From positions 268 through 64,267 of the forward strand of contig JAFTPH010000028.1 of assembly GCA_017463365.1 (NCBI GenBank): a DNA stretch of 64,000 bases, read 5' to 3'. Both the position numbers and the translations under genes were made by a program. This document shows positions 42,427 to 54,100 of the stretch, piece after piece (the first letter of the stretch is position 1; every line of letters begins with the position of its first letter). This DNA comes from Bacilli bacterium (lineage in GTDB: Bacteria > Bacillota_I > Bacilli_A > ML615J-28 > CAG-313). Below the pieces are notes generated by a model that saw only the letters and a program-made list of their open reading frames with translations, ran no database searches and was not told the origin of the DNA.

Positions 42427-43176
42427 GTGAAATACGTTGTAACCAAAAAGAAACCAAAACTTTTTAAACTAGTTAGAATGTCAGTTCGACTCTTTTTCCA
42501 CAAGCGTACCTTTATTGGTCTTGAAAATCTACCTAAAGAACCATCTTTAATAATTGGTAATCATGCTCAATTATATGGCCCAATTACTTGTGAAATATAT
42601 TTTCCAGCTAAAAAATATATTTGGTGTACAGGCGAAATGATGAAATTGAGTGAGGTTCCCGCATATGCTTTTCAAGATTTTTGGTCATTAAAACCGAAAT
42701 ATACTAAATGGTTTTACAAAATATTATCATATCTTATTGCGCCAATTTCCGCATATATTTTTACAAGAGCTGATACAATTCCCGTATATCGTGATACGAG
42801 ATTAATTAGAACTTATAAAGAAAGTCTTACTAAAATGAATGAGGGTGCACATATTATAATTTTCCCAGAATGCCCTGATGAATATAATAATATCATCAAT
42901 GAGTTTCAAGATAAATATATTGATACAGCAAGACTGTATTATAAAAAAACGGGAAAATGTATTGACTTTGTCCCAATGTATAATGCGGTAAAGTTAAAGA
43001 AAATATTACTTGGAAAACCAATTAAGTTTAATCCAAATAATCCAATTGAAGAAGAACGTAAAAGAATAAATGATTATTTAAAACAAGAAATAACTACTTT
43101 AGCTATAAGTTTACCAGTTCATACTGTTATTCCATATAGTAATATTAAAAAGAAAGAATACCCTAAATCAAAATAA
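42427..43176 (+). CDS. Putative lysophospholipid acyltransferase-like protein (divergent; GTG start)
   Basis: IGNHAQLYGP and IIIFPEC blocks resemble PlsC motifs I and III but canonical HX4D is not intact. Confidence 0.35.
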   Translation: MKYVVTKKKPKLFKLVRMSVRLFFHKRTFIGLENLPKEPSLIIGNHAQLYGPITCEIYFPAKKYIWCTGEMMKLSEVPAYAFQDFWSLKPKYTKWFYKILSYLIAPISAYIFTRADTIPVYRDTRLIRTYKESLTKMNEGAHIIIFPECPDEYNNIINEFQDKYIDTARLYYKKTGKCIDFVPMYNAVKLKKILLGKPIKFNPNNPIEEERKRINDYLKQEITTLAISLPVHTVIPYSNIKKKEYPKSK

Positions 43177-43282
43177 ACAAGAGCAATGAATTTCATTGCT
43201 CTTTTATGTTCTATTTTTTAACTTTAACTTTGACATCAAATTAATTAAGTGGTATTATAATCATATAAGGATGGAATAAATT

Positions 43283-46200
43283 ATGAAGTTGTTAAAAAGA
43301 ATTTTTATTATATTAATGATATTAACAAGTATCTTATTAATTAAACCAATTAGTAAGGTAGAAGCGGAAAGTGAATCTACGGGAAGTGTTGGTTTACAAT
43401 ATACGCTTAATTCAGGTGGTGCATCATATGCTGTAACAGGTATAGGTACTTGTACTGATACAAACGTTGTTATCCCAAATGAATATAATGGGTTACCGGT
43501 TACTAGTATAGAAGCAAATGCTTTTAAACATTGTAAAGATATTATAACTGTGGAAATTCCTGAGAATATAGTTGAGATTGGTGACGATGCATTTTATAGT
43601 TGTCTAAAATTGAAAGATTTAATTATTGAAGGTAATAATAATTCAATGACTATTGGTAGTTATGCATTTTATTATTGTCGCGTTTTAAATAATGTTTACT
43701 TTAAAGGAACAGTAGAAGAATGGTGTAAAATTTCTTTCAAAGACAGTTATTCAAATCCGATGAATTATACTAGTAACTTTTATATGTTAAATGAAAAAGG
43801 AGAATATAAAAAAGTTACTAAATTAGAAATTCCTAGTACTGTTACAAGTATAGGAAACTATCAATTTGCTGGTTTATATGATTTAAGGGAAGTTATTATT
43901 CCGAATACTGTAACAAGTATAGGAGATAGTGCATTTGCTGGTTGTTATAGTTTAACAAGTATTGAAATTCCTGAAAGTATAACTAAAATTAGTGATTATG
44001 CATTTTCGAGTTGTTATATTTATAATTTGGTAAACAATAGTAATTTAGGAATTAGCATAGGTTCTAGTAATTATGGAAACATTGCACATTATACGATTAA
44101 ACTAACAAATAAAGATGGTAGTGTTAAACAAAAAAATGGGGTTATGGAATATATCGAAAAAGATGGTTTTGTATTTATCAAAGAAAAAGAAGTTTATAAA
44201 TTGATAAATTATGTAGGATCTGAAGAAACAGTAACTTTGCCACTTGATATAAACGGTAATAAATATACAATATTTCAAATGAGAGGTGTTAAAAACTTAA
44301 TAATACCTGAAGGATTTACGGAAATTAATGATTATGCGTTTTATGATTGTTCAACTTTAGAAAGTGTCAAAATTCCGACAAGTGTTACTAGAATTGGCAA
44401 TTATGCTTTTAATGGATGTAAAAATTTAACAGAATTATTTATACCAAATAGCGTTGAAAATCTTGGTTCATCTGCTTTTAGTTATTGTAATAACTTAAAT
44501 AAGGTGATATTTGAAGAAAACAGCAAAATCACTTATTTTTCAGATAGACTTTTTGAAGGGAGTAAAAATTTAATTGAAATATCAATTCCTAAAGGAGTTA
44601 CTGATATTTATGGTTTATACTCTTATTGTTTTTCTACTTGTTTCGGATTAGAATCTATTGAAATACCTAGTAGTGTAAAATATATAGGAGGTCAGGCGTT
44701 TAACTATTGTGTGAGTTTAACAAATGTATATTATCAAGGGACAATTGAAGATTGGTGTAATATCTATTTTGATTCAGGAATGTTCTCAACTCCAATGCAA
44801 TGGGCAACTCATTTTTACATGTTAGATGAAAATAATGATTATTATGAAGTTACAGAAATTTTTATTCCTGATACTATAAATAGAATAAAAAACTGTCAAT
44901 TTTATGGATTTACTAATTTAGAAAAAATATATATCCCAAAAAGTGTTACATATATAGGAGATGATGCGTTATATTTTGGTTCTAATTCAACAATATATTG
45001 TGAATCTAGTTCTAAACCAAGTGAATGGAGTACCAATTGGAATCGAAGAAATTATCCTGTTGTTTGGAATAGTTGCATGCATAGATCTTGTGAGTGGATT
45101 GTTGAGAGTGAACAATCTTGTACTGAAGCAGGTTATAAGTATAAAAAATGTTCTATATGTAATTTAATTGTAGAAGAAAATAATGCTCCCGCATTAGGCC
45201 ATAATTACAATGAAAATAATAAATGTACTAATTGTGGTGATGTTAAGATAAGCGAAGGTTTGGAATATAGATATGACAAAGAAACCAATACTTATTCTGT
45301 AAAAGGTATTGGAACATGTACTGATTCAGTAATTGTTATACCAAGTGTTTATAATGAATTACCAGTAACTGAAATTTTTGAATGTGCTTTTATGAATATG
45401 ACTAACATTAAAAAGGTTATTCTTCCAGAAACAATTACGCATATAAGTTTATGGGCTTTTGATAATTGTCAAGGTTTGGAAAGTATTGTTCTTCCTAAGA
45501 GCCTTGAAAATATATCTGATAGTGCTTTTAGAGATTGTTTAAATTTAAAAAATGTTTATTATAATGGAACAATTGAAGACTGGTGTAATATTGTCCTAGA
45601 AGATACTCCTATGAATAATGGGGAATTCTTCTATATGTTAAATGAAGAAGGAGAGTACTACGAAGTAACAGAAATAGTTATTCCAGATGGTATTACGAGT
45701 ATTGGACTTAATCAATTCTATTCATTTGATAATATTACGAAAGTAACAATTCCTAATGGGGTTACAGACATAAAAATAAATGCTTTTGCTAAGTGTAAAA
45801 ATTTAATTAGTGTTAATGTGCCAAATAGTGTTACATATCTTGGTGATTACGCATTCTCCGAATGTACAAGTTTAAAAAATATTGATCTACCTAATAGTAT
45901 AAAATCTATGGGCGCAAATGTTTTCTCTTTATCTACAAGTTTAGAACAAATTGAAATACCAACAGGCCTTGAAAAAATAACGATGGGAACTTTTGCTGGA
46001 TGCACAAGTTTGACTAGTGTCGTAATACCTGATAATATCTATAAAATTGGTACTGCTGCATTCTCAGGATGTACAGGACTTACTAATGTGGAAATCTCTG
46101 GCAAAACAGAAGAAATTGAAGATTCAGTTTTCCTTCAATGTACAAGTTTAGCAAAAATTGTTATCCCATTTAGTGTTAGAATTATCGGCAGATATGCTTT

Positions 46201-47875
46201 TTCTGAATGTGAAAATTTAACAATTTATTGTGAAGCCAAATCTAAACTAGTTGGATGGGATGAAAAATGGAATGCATCTAATTGTCCGGTTGTTTGGAGT
46301 TATTGTTTACATAACTTAAGTGATTGGACAATTGATTTAGAACCGACATGCGCATTAGTTGGTCACAAATATAAGACATGTACGAAATGTAATAATGTTG
46401 TCGAAGAAGCAGAAATTGAAAAGGTTGATCATAATTTTGATGAATTAAATAAATGTGAGGTTTGTGGGGATTATAAAGAACATGTTGGGTTAAATTATAC
46501 TATCAATGCATCATCTGATGGGTATATTTTAACTAGTCTTGGAACATGTACTGATACTGTAATTAATATTCCAAGTATGTATAATGGTTTACCAGTTGTC
46601 GAAATCGGTAATAATGCCTTTGAATATAGTTCAGTCACTCTAATTAATATTCCAAATAGTGTTGTTAAGATTGGCGATTATGTCTTCCATGCAAGTAAAA
46701 ATCTTGAACAAGTATTAGTTGATACTGAAAATGAATATTATGTTAGTGTTGATGGTATCTTATTTGATAAAGCAATTACAGAATTAATTGTTTATCCAGC
46801 TAAGAAAACAGGTAGTGAATATAATATTCCAAATACGGTAACTAATATTAAAGATTCCGCTTTTGCTTATAATGGACAATTAACTAAAATTACTATTCCT
46901 GAAAGTGTAAAGACGATTACTGATTATGCATTCTATAGATGTATATTATTAATTGAAATTATTATTCCAAATAGTGTTGAATCAATTGGTTCAAATGCAT
47001 TTGGTGAATGTCAAAATTTAGAAAAAATTACTTTTAAAGAAAACTCTAAAATAACAGAGATAGCTGATTGGTCTTTCTATAATTGTAAAAAATTAACAAG
47101 TTTTGAAATTCCAGAAAATGTTACTAAAATTGGAGTAAATGCGTTTGGAAATTGTAGCAGTTTAATCGAAATTATAATTGTAATAAAAATTACAATCATT
47201 AAGAATAATGCATTCTCAAACTGTAAAAATCTTAAAATTTTATGTGAAGCAGAAATGCAACCGAGTGGTTTCGAAAGTAACTGGAATAAGAGTGGTTGTG
47301 AAACAGTTTGGGGTTATTGTGAGCATATAATAAGTGATTGGATTATTGATAAAAAAGCAACATGTAAGGAACAAGGACATAAATATCAAGAATGTACAAA
47401 ATGTCATGATGTATTAAATGAAGAAAAAATTTCGATTTTAGATCATACTTATGATCAATATGTTGTAGCTGATAAATATTTAGCTAGTAAAGCTGATTGT
47501 TTAAATAAAGCTAAGTATTACTTTAGTTGTGTATGTGGTGAAAAGGGAACTACAACATTTAATTACGGTGAACTTGGAGAGCATAACTATGTTGATAGAA
47601 AATGTACAGTATGTAATATCGACGAATATACATTAGGTGATGTAGACAATAATGGAAATATCAGTACAAGTGATGTAACATATTTACTATATCATTTAAT
47701 GTTTGGTGAGGCAATGTATCCTGTAAATCAACCAGTTGATTACAATAATGATGGATTAACAAATACAAATGATGTAATCTATTTGTTATATCATATAATG
47801 TTTGGAGAAACACAATATCCATTATATCTTCCTAAAACTAATTCATTTGAAATAAAAGATGAGGAAGAAGAATAA
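43283..47875 (+). CDS. Giant secreted BspA-type LRR protein built of three super-repeats, each ending in a Cys-rich knot, with C-terminal dockerin-like module
   Basis: signal peptide ...KPISKVEA/ESE; three modules starting GLQYTLNSGG (43390), GLEYRYDKET (45254), GLNYTINASS (46486) each with GTCTD; Cys-rich blocks about 45060-45250, 46285-46480, 47305-47600. Confidence 0.75.
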   Translation: MKLLKRIFIILMILTSILLIKPISKVEAESESTGSVGLQYTLNSGGASYAVTGIGTCTDTNVVIPNEYNGLPVTSIEANAFKHCKDIITVEIPENIVEIGDDAFYSCLKLKDLIIEGNNNSMTIGSYAFYYCRVLNNVYFKGTVEEWCKISFKDSYSNPMNYTSNFYMLNEKGEYKKVTKLEIPSTVTSIGNYQFAGLYDLREVIIPNTVTSIGDSAFAGCYSLTSIEIPESITKISDYAFSSCYIYNLVNNSNLGISIGSSNYGNIAHYTIKLTNKDGSVKQKNGVMEYIEKDGFVFIKEKEVYKLINYVGSEETVTLPLDINGNKYTIFQMRGVKNLIIPEGFTEINDYAFYDCSTLESVKIPTSVTRIGNYAFNGCKNLTELFIPNSVENLGSSAFSYCNNLNKVIFEENSKITYFSDRLFEGSKNLIEISIPKGVTDIYGLYSYCFSTCFGLESIEIPSSVKYIGGQAFNYCVSLTNVYYQGTIEDWCNIYFDSGMFSTPMQWATHFYMLDENNDYYEVTEIFIPDTINRIKNCQFYGFTNLEKIYIPKSVTYIGDDALYFGSNSTIYCESSSKPSEWSTNWNRRNYPVVWNSCMHRSCEWIVESEQSCTEAGYKYKKCSICNLIVEENNAPALGHNYNENNKCTNCGDVKISEGLEYRYDKETNTYSVKGIGTCTDSVIVIPSVYNELPVTEIFECAFMNMTNIKKVILPETITHISLWAFDNCQGLESIVLPKSLENISDSAFRDCLNLKNVYYNGTIEDWCNIVLEDTPMNNGEFFYMLNEEGEYYEVTEIVIPDGITSIGLNQFYSFDNITKVTIPNGVTDIKINAFAKCKNLISVNVPNSVTYLGDYAFSECTSLKNIDLPNSIKSMGANVFSLSTSLEQIEIPTGLEKITMGTFAGCTSLTSVVIPDNIYKIGTAAFSGCTGLTNVEISGKTEEIEDSVFLQCTSLAKIVIPFSVRIIGRYAFSECENLTIYCEAKSKLVGWDEKWNASNCPVVWSYCLHNLSDWTIDLEPTCALVGHKYKTCTKCNNVVEEAEIEKVDHNFDELNKCEVCGDYKEHVGLNYTINASSDGYILTSLGTCTDTVINIPSMYNGLPVVEIGNNAFEYSSVTLINIPNSVVKIGDYVFHASKNLEQVLVDTENEYYVSVDGILFDKAITELIVYPAKKTGSEYNIPNTVTNIKDSAFAYNGQLTKITIPESVKTITDYAFYRCILLIEIIIPNSVESIGSNAFGECQNLEKITFKENSKITEIADWSFYNCKKLTSFEIPENVTKIGVNAFGNCSSLIEIIIVIKITIIKNNAFSNCKNLKILCEAEMQPSGFESNWNKSGCETVWGYCEHIISDWIIDKKATCKEQGHKYQECTKCHDVLNEEKISILDHTYDQYVVADKYLASKADCLNKAKYYFSCVCGEKGTTTFNYGELGEHNYVDRKCTVCNIDEYTLGDVDNNGNISTSDVTYLLYHLMFGEAMYPVNQPVDYNNDGLTNTNDVIYLLYHIMFGETQYPLYLPKTNSFEIKDEEEE
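47633..47872 (+). other. C-terminal dockerin-like module of the 1530-aa protein (DVDNNGNISTSD...YLLYHLMFG..YPV / DYNNDGLTNTND...YLLYHIMFG..YPLY)
   Basis: two EF-hand-like 12-residue loops with D/N at 1,3,5,9,12 each followed by helix. Confidence 0.6.
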
Positions 47876-47891
47876 AATTATGATGAATAAA

Positions 47892-47925
47892 AAGGGCTAA
47901 CATATTAGTTAGCCCTTAATTTTTA
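47892..47925 (+). terminator. Rho-independent terminator (aagggctaac/gttagccctt)
   Basis: 10-bp perfect stem, 6-nt loop, T-run. Confidence 0.75.
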
Positions 47926-48156
47926 AAATGTAAACATATATAAATTAATAATTTTGTTAAATTATAGCATATATTTTATAATTTGTAATCTAAAATACTC
48001 AGTTTTTACTTAACTTTAGCGATTTTTCTTAATTTCCATAAATGTTTACTTTTATAGAATTTTTATTATTTTTTAACTATAAAAAATAAAATATTTGTCA
48101 TATGAATATAAATATGATACAATATAATTAATTAGATATACAAGGAGGATTACAAG

Positions 48157-51100
48157 ATGAAAAAAGTATTAAAAGTTTTTATTTGTATGTTTATGATATC
48201 TTTAGGATTTTTAATTTCAGAGGTCATTTTAAAAGTAAATGCTGAAACAGTTGATATCAAAGGAGTGGAGTATACCTTTGAGTTAAGTGAGGATGGTACT
48301 TATTATATTATGACAGATGTTGATATTGATTCATCTTTAGGTTCAATAACAATTCCATCTAAGTATAATGGTCTTCCAATTAAGGAAATAAAAGGAGATG
48401 CTAAATTTTCTAATTGGAATATAAAAAGCTATTATTTTGAAGGAACATTTACCGATTGGTGTAATATTTCCTTTGAAAATGCAGGTAATAATCCATGTTT
48501 TCATTCTGGTGATATCTATATGTTAAACAAAACAGGGGATTATGAGTTATTAACCGAAATAAATATACCTGATGGTACCACAAAGATTAGTAAATATCAA
48601 TTTTGTGGTTTTTATGATAATTTAAATAAAATTATCCTTCCTAAAAGTTTAAAAAGTATAGGGGAGTCGGCTTTTAATGGGTTAGGTAAATGTGATGTTT
48701 ACTATCAAGGAACAATTGAAGATTGGTTAAAAATTGATTTTTCTAATGCATCAGCTAATCCATTATATTCATCTGGTTATAGATTATATGTTAAAAATAG
48801 TTTAAATGAATATCATATTGTGACAGATATTACAATACCAAGTGATATAACAGAGGTGTCAGTTGTTAATTTTATTGGTCTAAATGATGTAGTAAATTTA
48901 ACAATTCCCAAAAGTGTTGTAAAATTTGAAAAAAATTTTGGTTATGAACTTGATGAGTTAAAAAATGTTTATTATGAGGGAACAATTGAAGATTGGTGTA
49001 ATATTACTTTTGAAGATAATAGTAATCCTATGGGTTATGGAGATAACTTTTATTTAAAAACAGGTTCTTATTATTATAAACCAACCGATTTAGTTATTCC
49101 AAATACAGTTAAAATAATTAATCAATATCAATTTTATGGTTTTTCACAAATAGAAAAGATAACTATTTCTAGTGGTGTAACCGAAATAAAGCAATATGCG
49201 TTTACTAATTGTACAAAAGTAAAAGAAATAAGTCTTCCAAATACTTTAACAATGGTTGGGAGAAGTGCATTTTATGATTGTGATAATTTATCTATGTTAG
49301 TATTCCCTGAAGGGGTAAAAACAATTGATAGTAATGCTTTTGGAAATTGTACAAAATTAAAAACCGTTTATTTACCAAGTACTCTTGAAAAAATTGATAA
49401 CTCTTATGTTCCAGCCACAACGCTATATTATAATGGAACAGTTGACAAATGGTTAGAAGTAGATGATCGAATAACTGGTAGTTATGTAAAAGAGTTATAT
49501 TGTTTAGATAGTAAAGGGGTTTATCAATCAACTAGTAATTTAGTAATTCCGGAGGGAGTAACTTCAATTAAAGCTAGCGCATTTGATTATTGTCAATGGA
49601 TTAAAACTGTTACTCTTCCAAGTAGCTTAGTTTCAATTGATAAAAATGCTTTCTATGAGTCTTCATTTATTACAGATGTATATTATGAAGGAACAATTGA
49701 TGATTGGTTTAATTTAACAATTGATGTTGGTGGTAATCCTGTAGAATGGGCCGACAATATCCATTTTAAAGATGAAAATGGAGAATATCAAAAAGTAGTT
49801 AATCTAGTAATTCCTGAGGGAATAACAGAAATAAAAGGTCCAGGAGTATCATATTTTTATAATTTAAAAAGTATTACATTGCCGAAGAGTTTGAAAAAAA
49901 TTGATGGAAAGGTGTTTTTATACTGTAGTAATTTAGAAACAGTATATTATAATGGAACAATTGAAGATTGGTGCGCCATCGAATTAGGAATAACACCAAT
50001 GGGTTTTGCCGAAGAGTTTTATTTTCTTAATAATGGTACATATGAAAAAGTAACTGAAATTGAAATACCGGAATCGGTAAAAAATATTGGTAAATATCAA
50101 TTTTATGGTTTTTATGATGTTAAATGTGTTACAATTTCAAGTAATGTAGAAAGTATTGGTGAAAAAGCCTTTGCTTATATGACGGATCTTGTAAAAGTGG
50201 TATTCAAAAAAAATAATAATTCCGTTAAGATTGATTCTTATGCTTTTGCTTCTCAAAATTTAATTGATGTTTATTATGATGGTACAATAGAAGATTGGTG
50301 TAAAATAGAATTTGATGATTATTATTCAAATCCGCTATATTATGCTAAGTATTTTTTTATGAAAGATCAAATGAATGAATATTATGAAGTAACAGAATTG
50401 GAAATTCCAAAAACAGTAACGAATATTGGTGATTATCAATTCTATGGATTTGATTACTTAAAGAAAGTCACTATTCCAAGTGGAATAACAAGTATTGATG
50501 ATGGTGCTTTCTGTAATAGTGGAAATTTAAGAGAAATTATTTTTGAAGATGTAAATTCCTTGGAATATTTAAGTGAAAGTGCTTTTTATAATTGTAATAA
50601 ATTGGAAAATGTTTATATTAATAAATATAGTGAAAAATGGGCATCTTTAATTGGCTTTACTTATTTAAATAGTTCAACAATAAATGTTTATTTTAAAAAC
50701 GATCAAGGAGAATACATAACTAAAAATGAAATTATTATTCCTAACGGAGTAGAAGAGATTAAAGAAAGAGAATTTGCTAATGCGGAAAAATTAGAAAAAA
50801 TTGTAATTTCAAATAGTGTTAAGAAGATTTCAAAAGGAGCCTTCTATAATAATATTTCTTTGAAAGATGTTTATTATAATGGCACAATAGAAGAATGGTG
50901 TAATATTACATTTGAAGATTACATGGCTAATCCAATGTCTTATGCTGAACACTTTTATATGTTAAATGATAATAATGAATATTATGAAGTAACAGAAATA
51001 GTAATCCCAGATACGATAACTTCTATAAAAGAATGCATATTCTTTGGATTTAATAATGTAACAAAAGTTGTAATTCCAAACAATATTACTAGCATTGAAA

Positions 51101-54100
51101 AAAATGCATTCACAGGATGTACATCGCTAATTGATATAGAGATACCAAATAGTATTAAAAGTATTGGTAATTATGCTTTTTCAGGATGTACTAGCTTAAT
51201 AAGTATTGTTTTACCGAACAGCCTTGAGGCTATTGGTGAGTTTGCATTTAGTAGTTGTACTAATTTAAAAAATATTGAATTCCAACAAGGAACATTGTTA
51301 AAAATATTAGAAAGAGGTATTTTTAATAGTTGTGCTTTAGAAAAAATAGAAATTCCAAGCTCTATTGAAAAAATTGCTAATGGCGCATTTAGAAATTGCT
51401 CTTCACTTAAAGAAATAATTTTTAGCGAAGATGGTAGTTTGCTTAGTATAGATTCTTATGCATTTGAAGGATTAACATCTTTAGAAAAAATTGTTTTACC
51501 TAAAACAATTGAAGAACTAGGTGGATATATTTTTTCTGAGTGTACAAGTTTGAAAGAAATATATATATCAAACAACATTACAGATGTTAAATCAAGTTTT
51601 GATGATTGTGAAGATCTTGAAAAAGTATATTTTGATGGTGATATAACAGACTGGATTAAAATAAATTACAATGATTTTTGGGATGTATATAAGGGGGAAT
51701 TTGAATTATATCTTCCAAATGAAGAAGGAGTTTATGAATTAGTTACTGATTTGGTTATACCAGAAGGTATACAAATATTGGTTAATGGATCGCTAATTAA
51801 CAATTTAAAAAATATAAATAGTGTTACTATTCCAAAAGGAATGGTAGTAGAAAAAGCTATTTTTGGTACTACAAAAACAATAAATTCACTTTACTATAAT
51901 GGTACAGTTAGGGATTGGTTATTAAATAATACGCGTGAAAATTATTACGGAAGTTTAGAAAAGATTGAACATATCTATTTTAAAGATTTAACTGGAAATT
52001 ATTATGAAGTAACTGAGTTAGTAATTCCATCAGGAATTGAAAAAATATCATATCGAGCATTTTATGGTATGAAAAACTTGAAAAAAGTTGTAATATCTAG
52101 TAGTGTTACTTCAATTGAACCTTACGCTTTCTGTTATTGTACAAATCTTGAAGAGGTAGTTTTTGAAGAAAATAGTAGTTTAAAGAATCTTGCCGGATAT
52201 GCGTTTAGAGAATGTACAAATCTGAGAAATATTGTTTTACCTGATAGTTTAGAGAATATTAATTGGGAAGCTTTTCAACAATGTAGTTCGCTTTATTATA
52301 TTAATATTCCTCAAAATCTAAAAAATGTTAGTAATAGTTATACATATGGAGTTCAGTTAAAAGGAATATATAATCCATACAATGTGTCTACTGATATTCT
52401 TGGAGATATTGTAAATTATTTAACAGTTGTTTGTAATAGAAAAGTATCTGATTTTATAGTAGTAGATGAAGATGGTTATGTATTTATTAATGATGGATAC
52501 CAATATGTACTAATTGATTACCTTGGTGAAGGTGGTGAAATAACCTTACCATCGTTTGTTAAAGGGCAAACTTATTATGTTAAAAGTAGTGTCTTCAAAG
52601 GAAGAGAAGATATTACGAAAGTTGTGCTTCCAAAAACAGTTACAAAGTACGGATATTTATTGTTTGAAAGATGCGCTAATTTGAAGGAAGTGGTAATTCC
52701 TAAGACATTAAAAGAAATTCCAGAAGGCATGTTCTATGGTTGTAAATCATTAGAAAGTGTTGTTATTTCTGAAGATAGTATGTTAGAAATAATTGGTGAT
52801 GATGCATTCTGGGGTTGTGAAAATCTAAGAGAGTTTGTTTTACCGAAAAATTTAAAAGAAATTGGAGTTGCTGCTTTTAGTGATTGTAATAAGTTGCGGG
52901 TAATATATAATTTCTCAACGTATGAGGTAAAAATAGGAGCATCATTCCAAGCAGGTTATTTAAGTCATTATGTTGATGTTATTTGTACATCATATAATGA
53001 TGAAGGATACATGGAAACCGATGATGGATTTGTATTCTTAAAATTAGATGGTGAATATATTTTAATTGATTACCGTGGAACTAGTACAGAAGTATCATTG
53101 CCAAGAGATTTTAGAGGTAATTCATATAAAATTGAAAAGCCAATTTTATCAGGAAATCAAGCGATTGAAACAGTTTATATTCCAAATACTATTACGGAAT
53201 TAAATCATGCATTCTTCGAAAATTGTGCAAATCTAAAAAAGATAGTTTTTGAAACAGGAAGTAGCATTACTAAATTTGGTAGTTACACTTTCATAAATTG
53301 TAAAAGTTTGAAAGAGGTAATATTACCGGAAGGATTAATTGATTTAGGCGAATATACTTTCCAAGGTTGTCAAAGTTTAGAAACAATTGATTTACCAGAA
53401 AGTCTAGAAATCATTAGAACATCGGCATTTTATAATTGTACTAGTTTAAAAGAAATTATAATTCCTAATAACGTTAATACTATGTATGTATATGTTTTCA
53501 GTGAATGTACAAGTTTAGAAAAAGTTAAATTACCAGATAATCTAAAAGACATTAATTACAGTTTATTCAGAAACTGTTCAAGTTTAACAAATATTGAACT
53601 TCCAAATGGTTTAGAAGAAATAGATGATTATGCTTTCTCTGGATGTACAGGCTTAAAATCAATAGTTATTCCTAATACGGTTACAAGTTTAGGAATGGAA
53701 TGCTTTAAAGATTGTACAAATTTAGAGTATGTTAATATGTCGGATGGTCTTACAGAAGGAGCTCAAGCATTATTTTCAGGATGTACAAGTCTTGTAGAAA
53801 TTGTTTTCCCACAAAATATTGAATATATTTCTGGATCAATGTTTAGGGGATGTACAAGTTTAACAGAAATCATTCTTCCTAGTACTGTTACATCAATTGG
53901 TTGGAATGCTTTTTCGGGATGTACAAATTTATCAAATGTTGTAATCTCTCAAAATGTTAAAACTATTGGTGAAAAAGCATTTATTAATTGTACAAATTTA
54001 AATAGTATTGTAATTCCTAATTCAGTTAAAGTAATAAATAATTTAGGAATTACTGATAAGGATTCAATAAATTTATATTACGATGGAACATTAGAAGAAT

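Noticed and set aside
42427-43176. Confident PlsC (1-acyl-sn-glycerol-3-phosphate acyltransferase) call
   Set aside because: The canonical HX4D motif is not intact (NHAQLYGP). Only a weak acyltransferase resemblance remains, so I kept it low-confidence.
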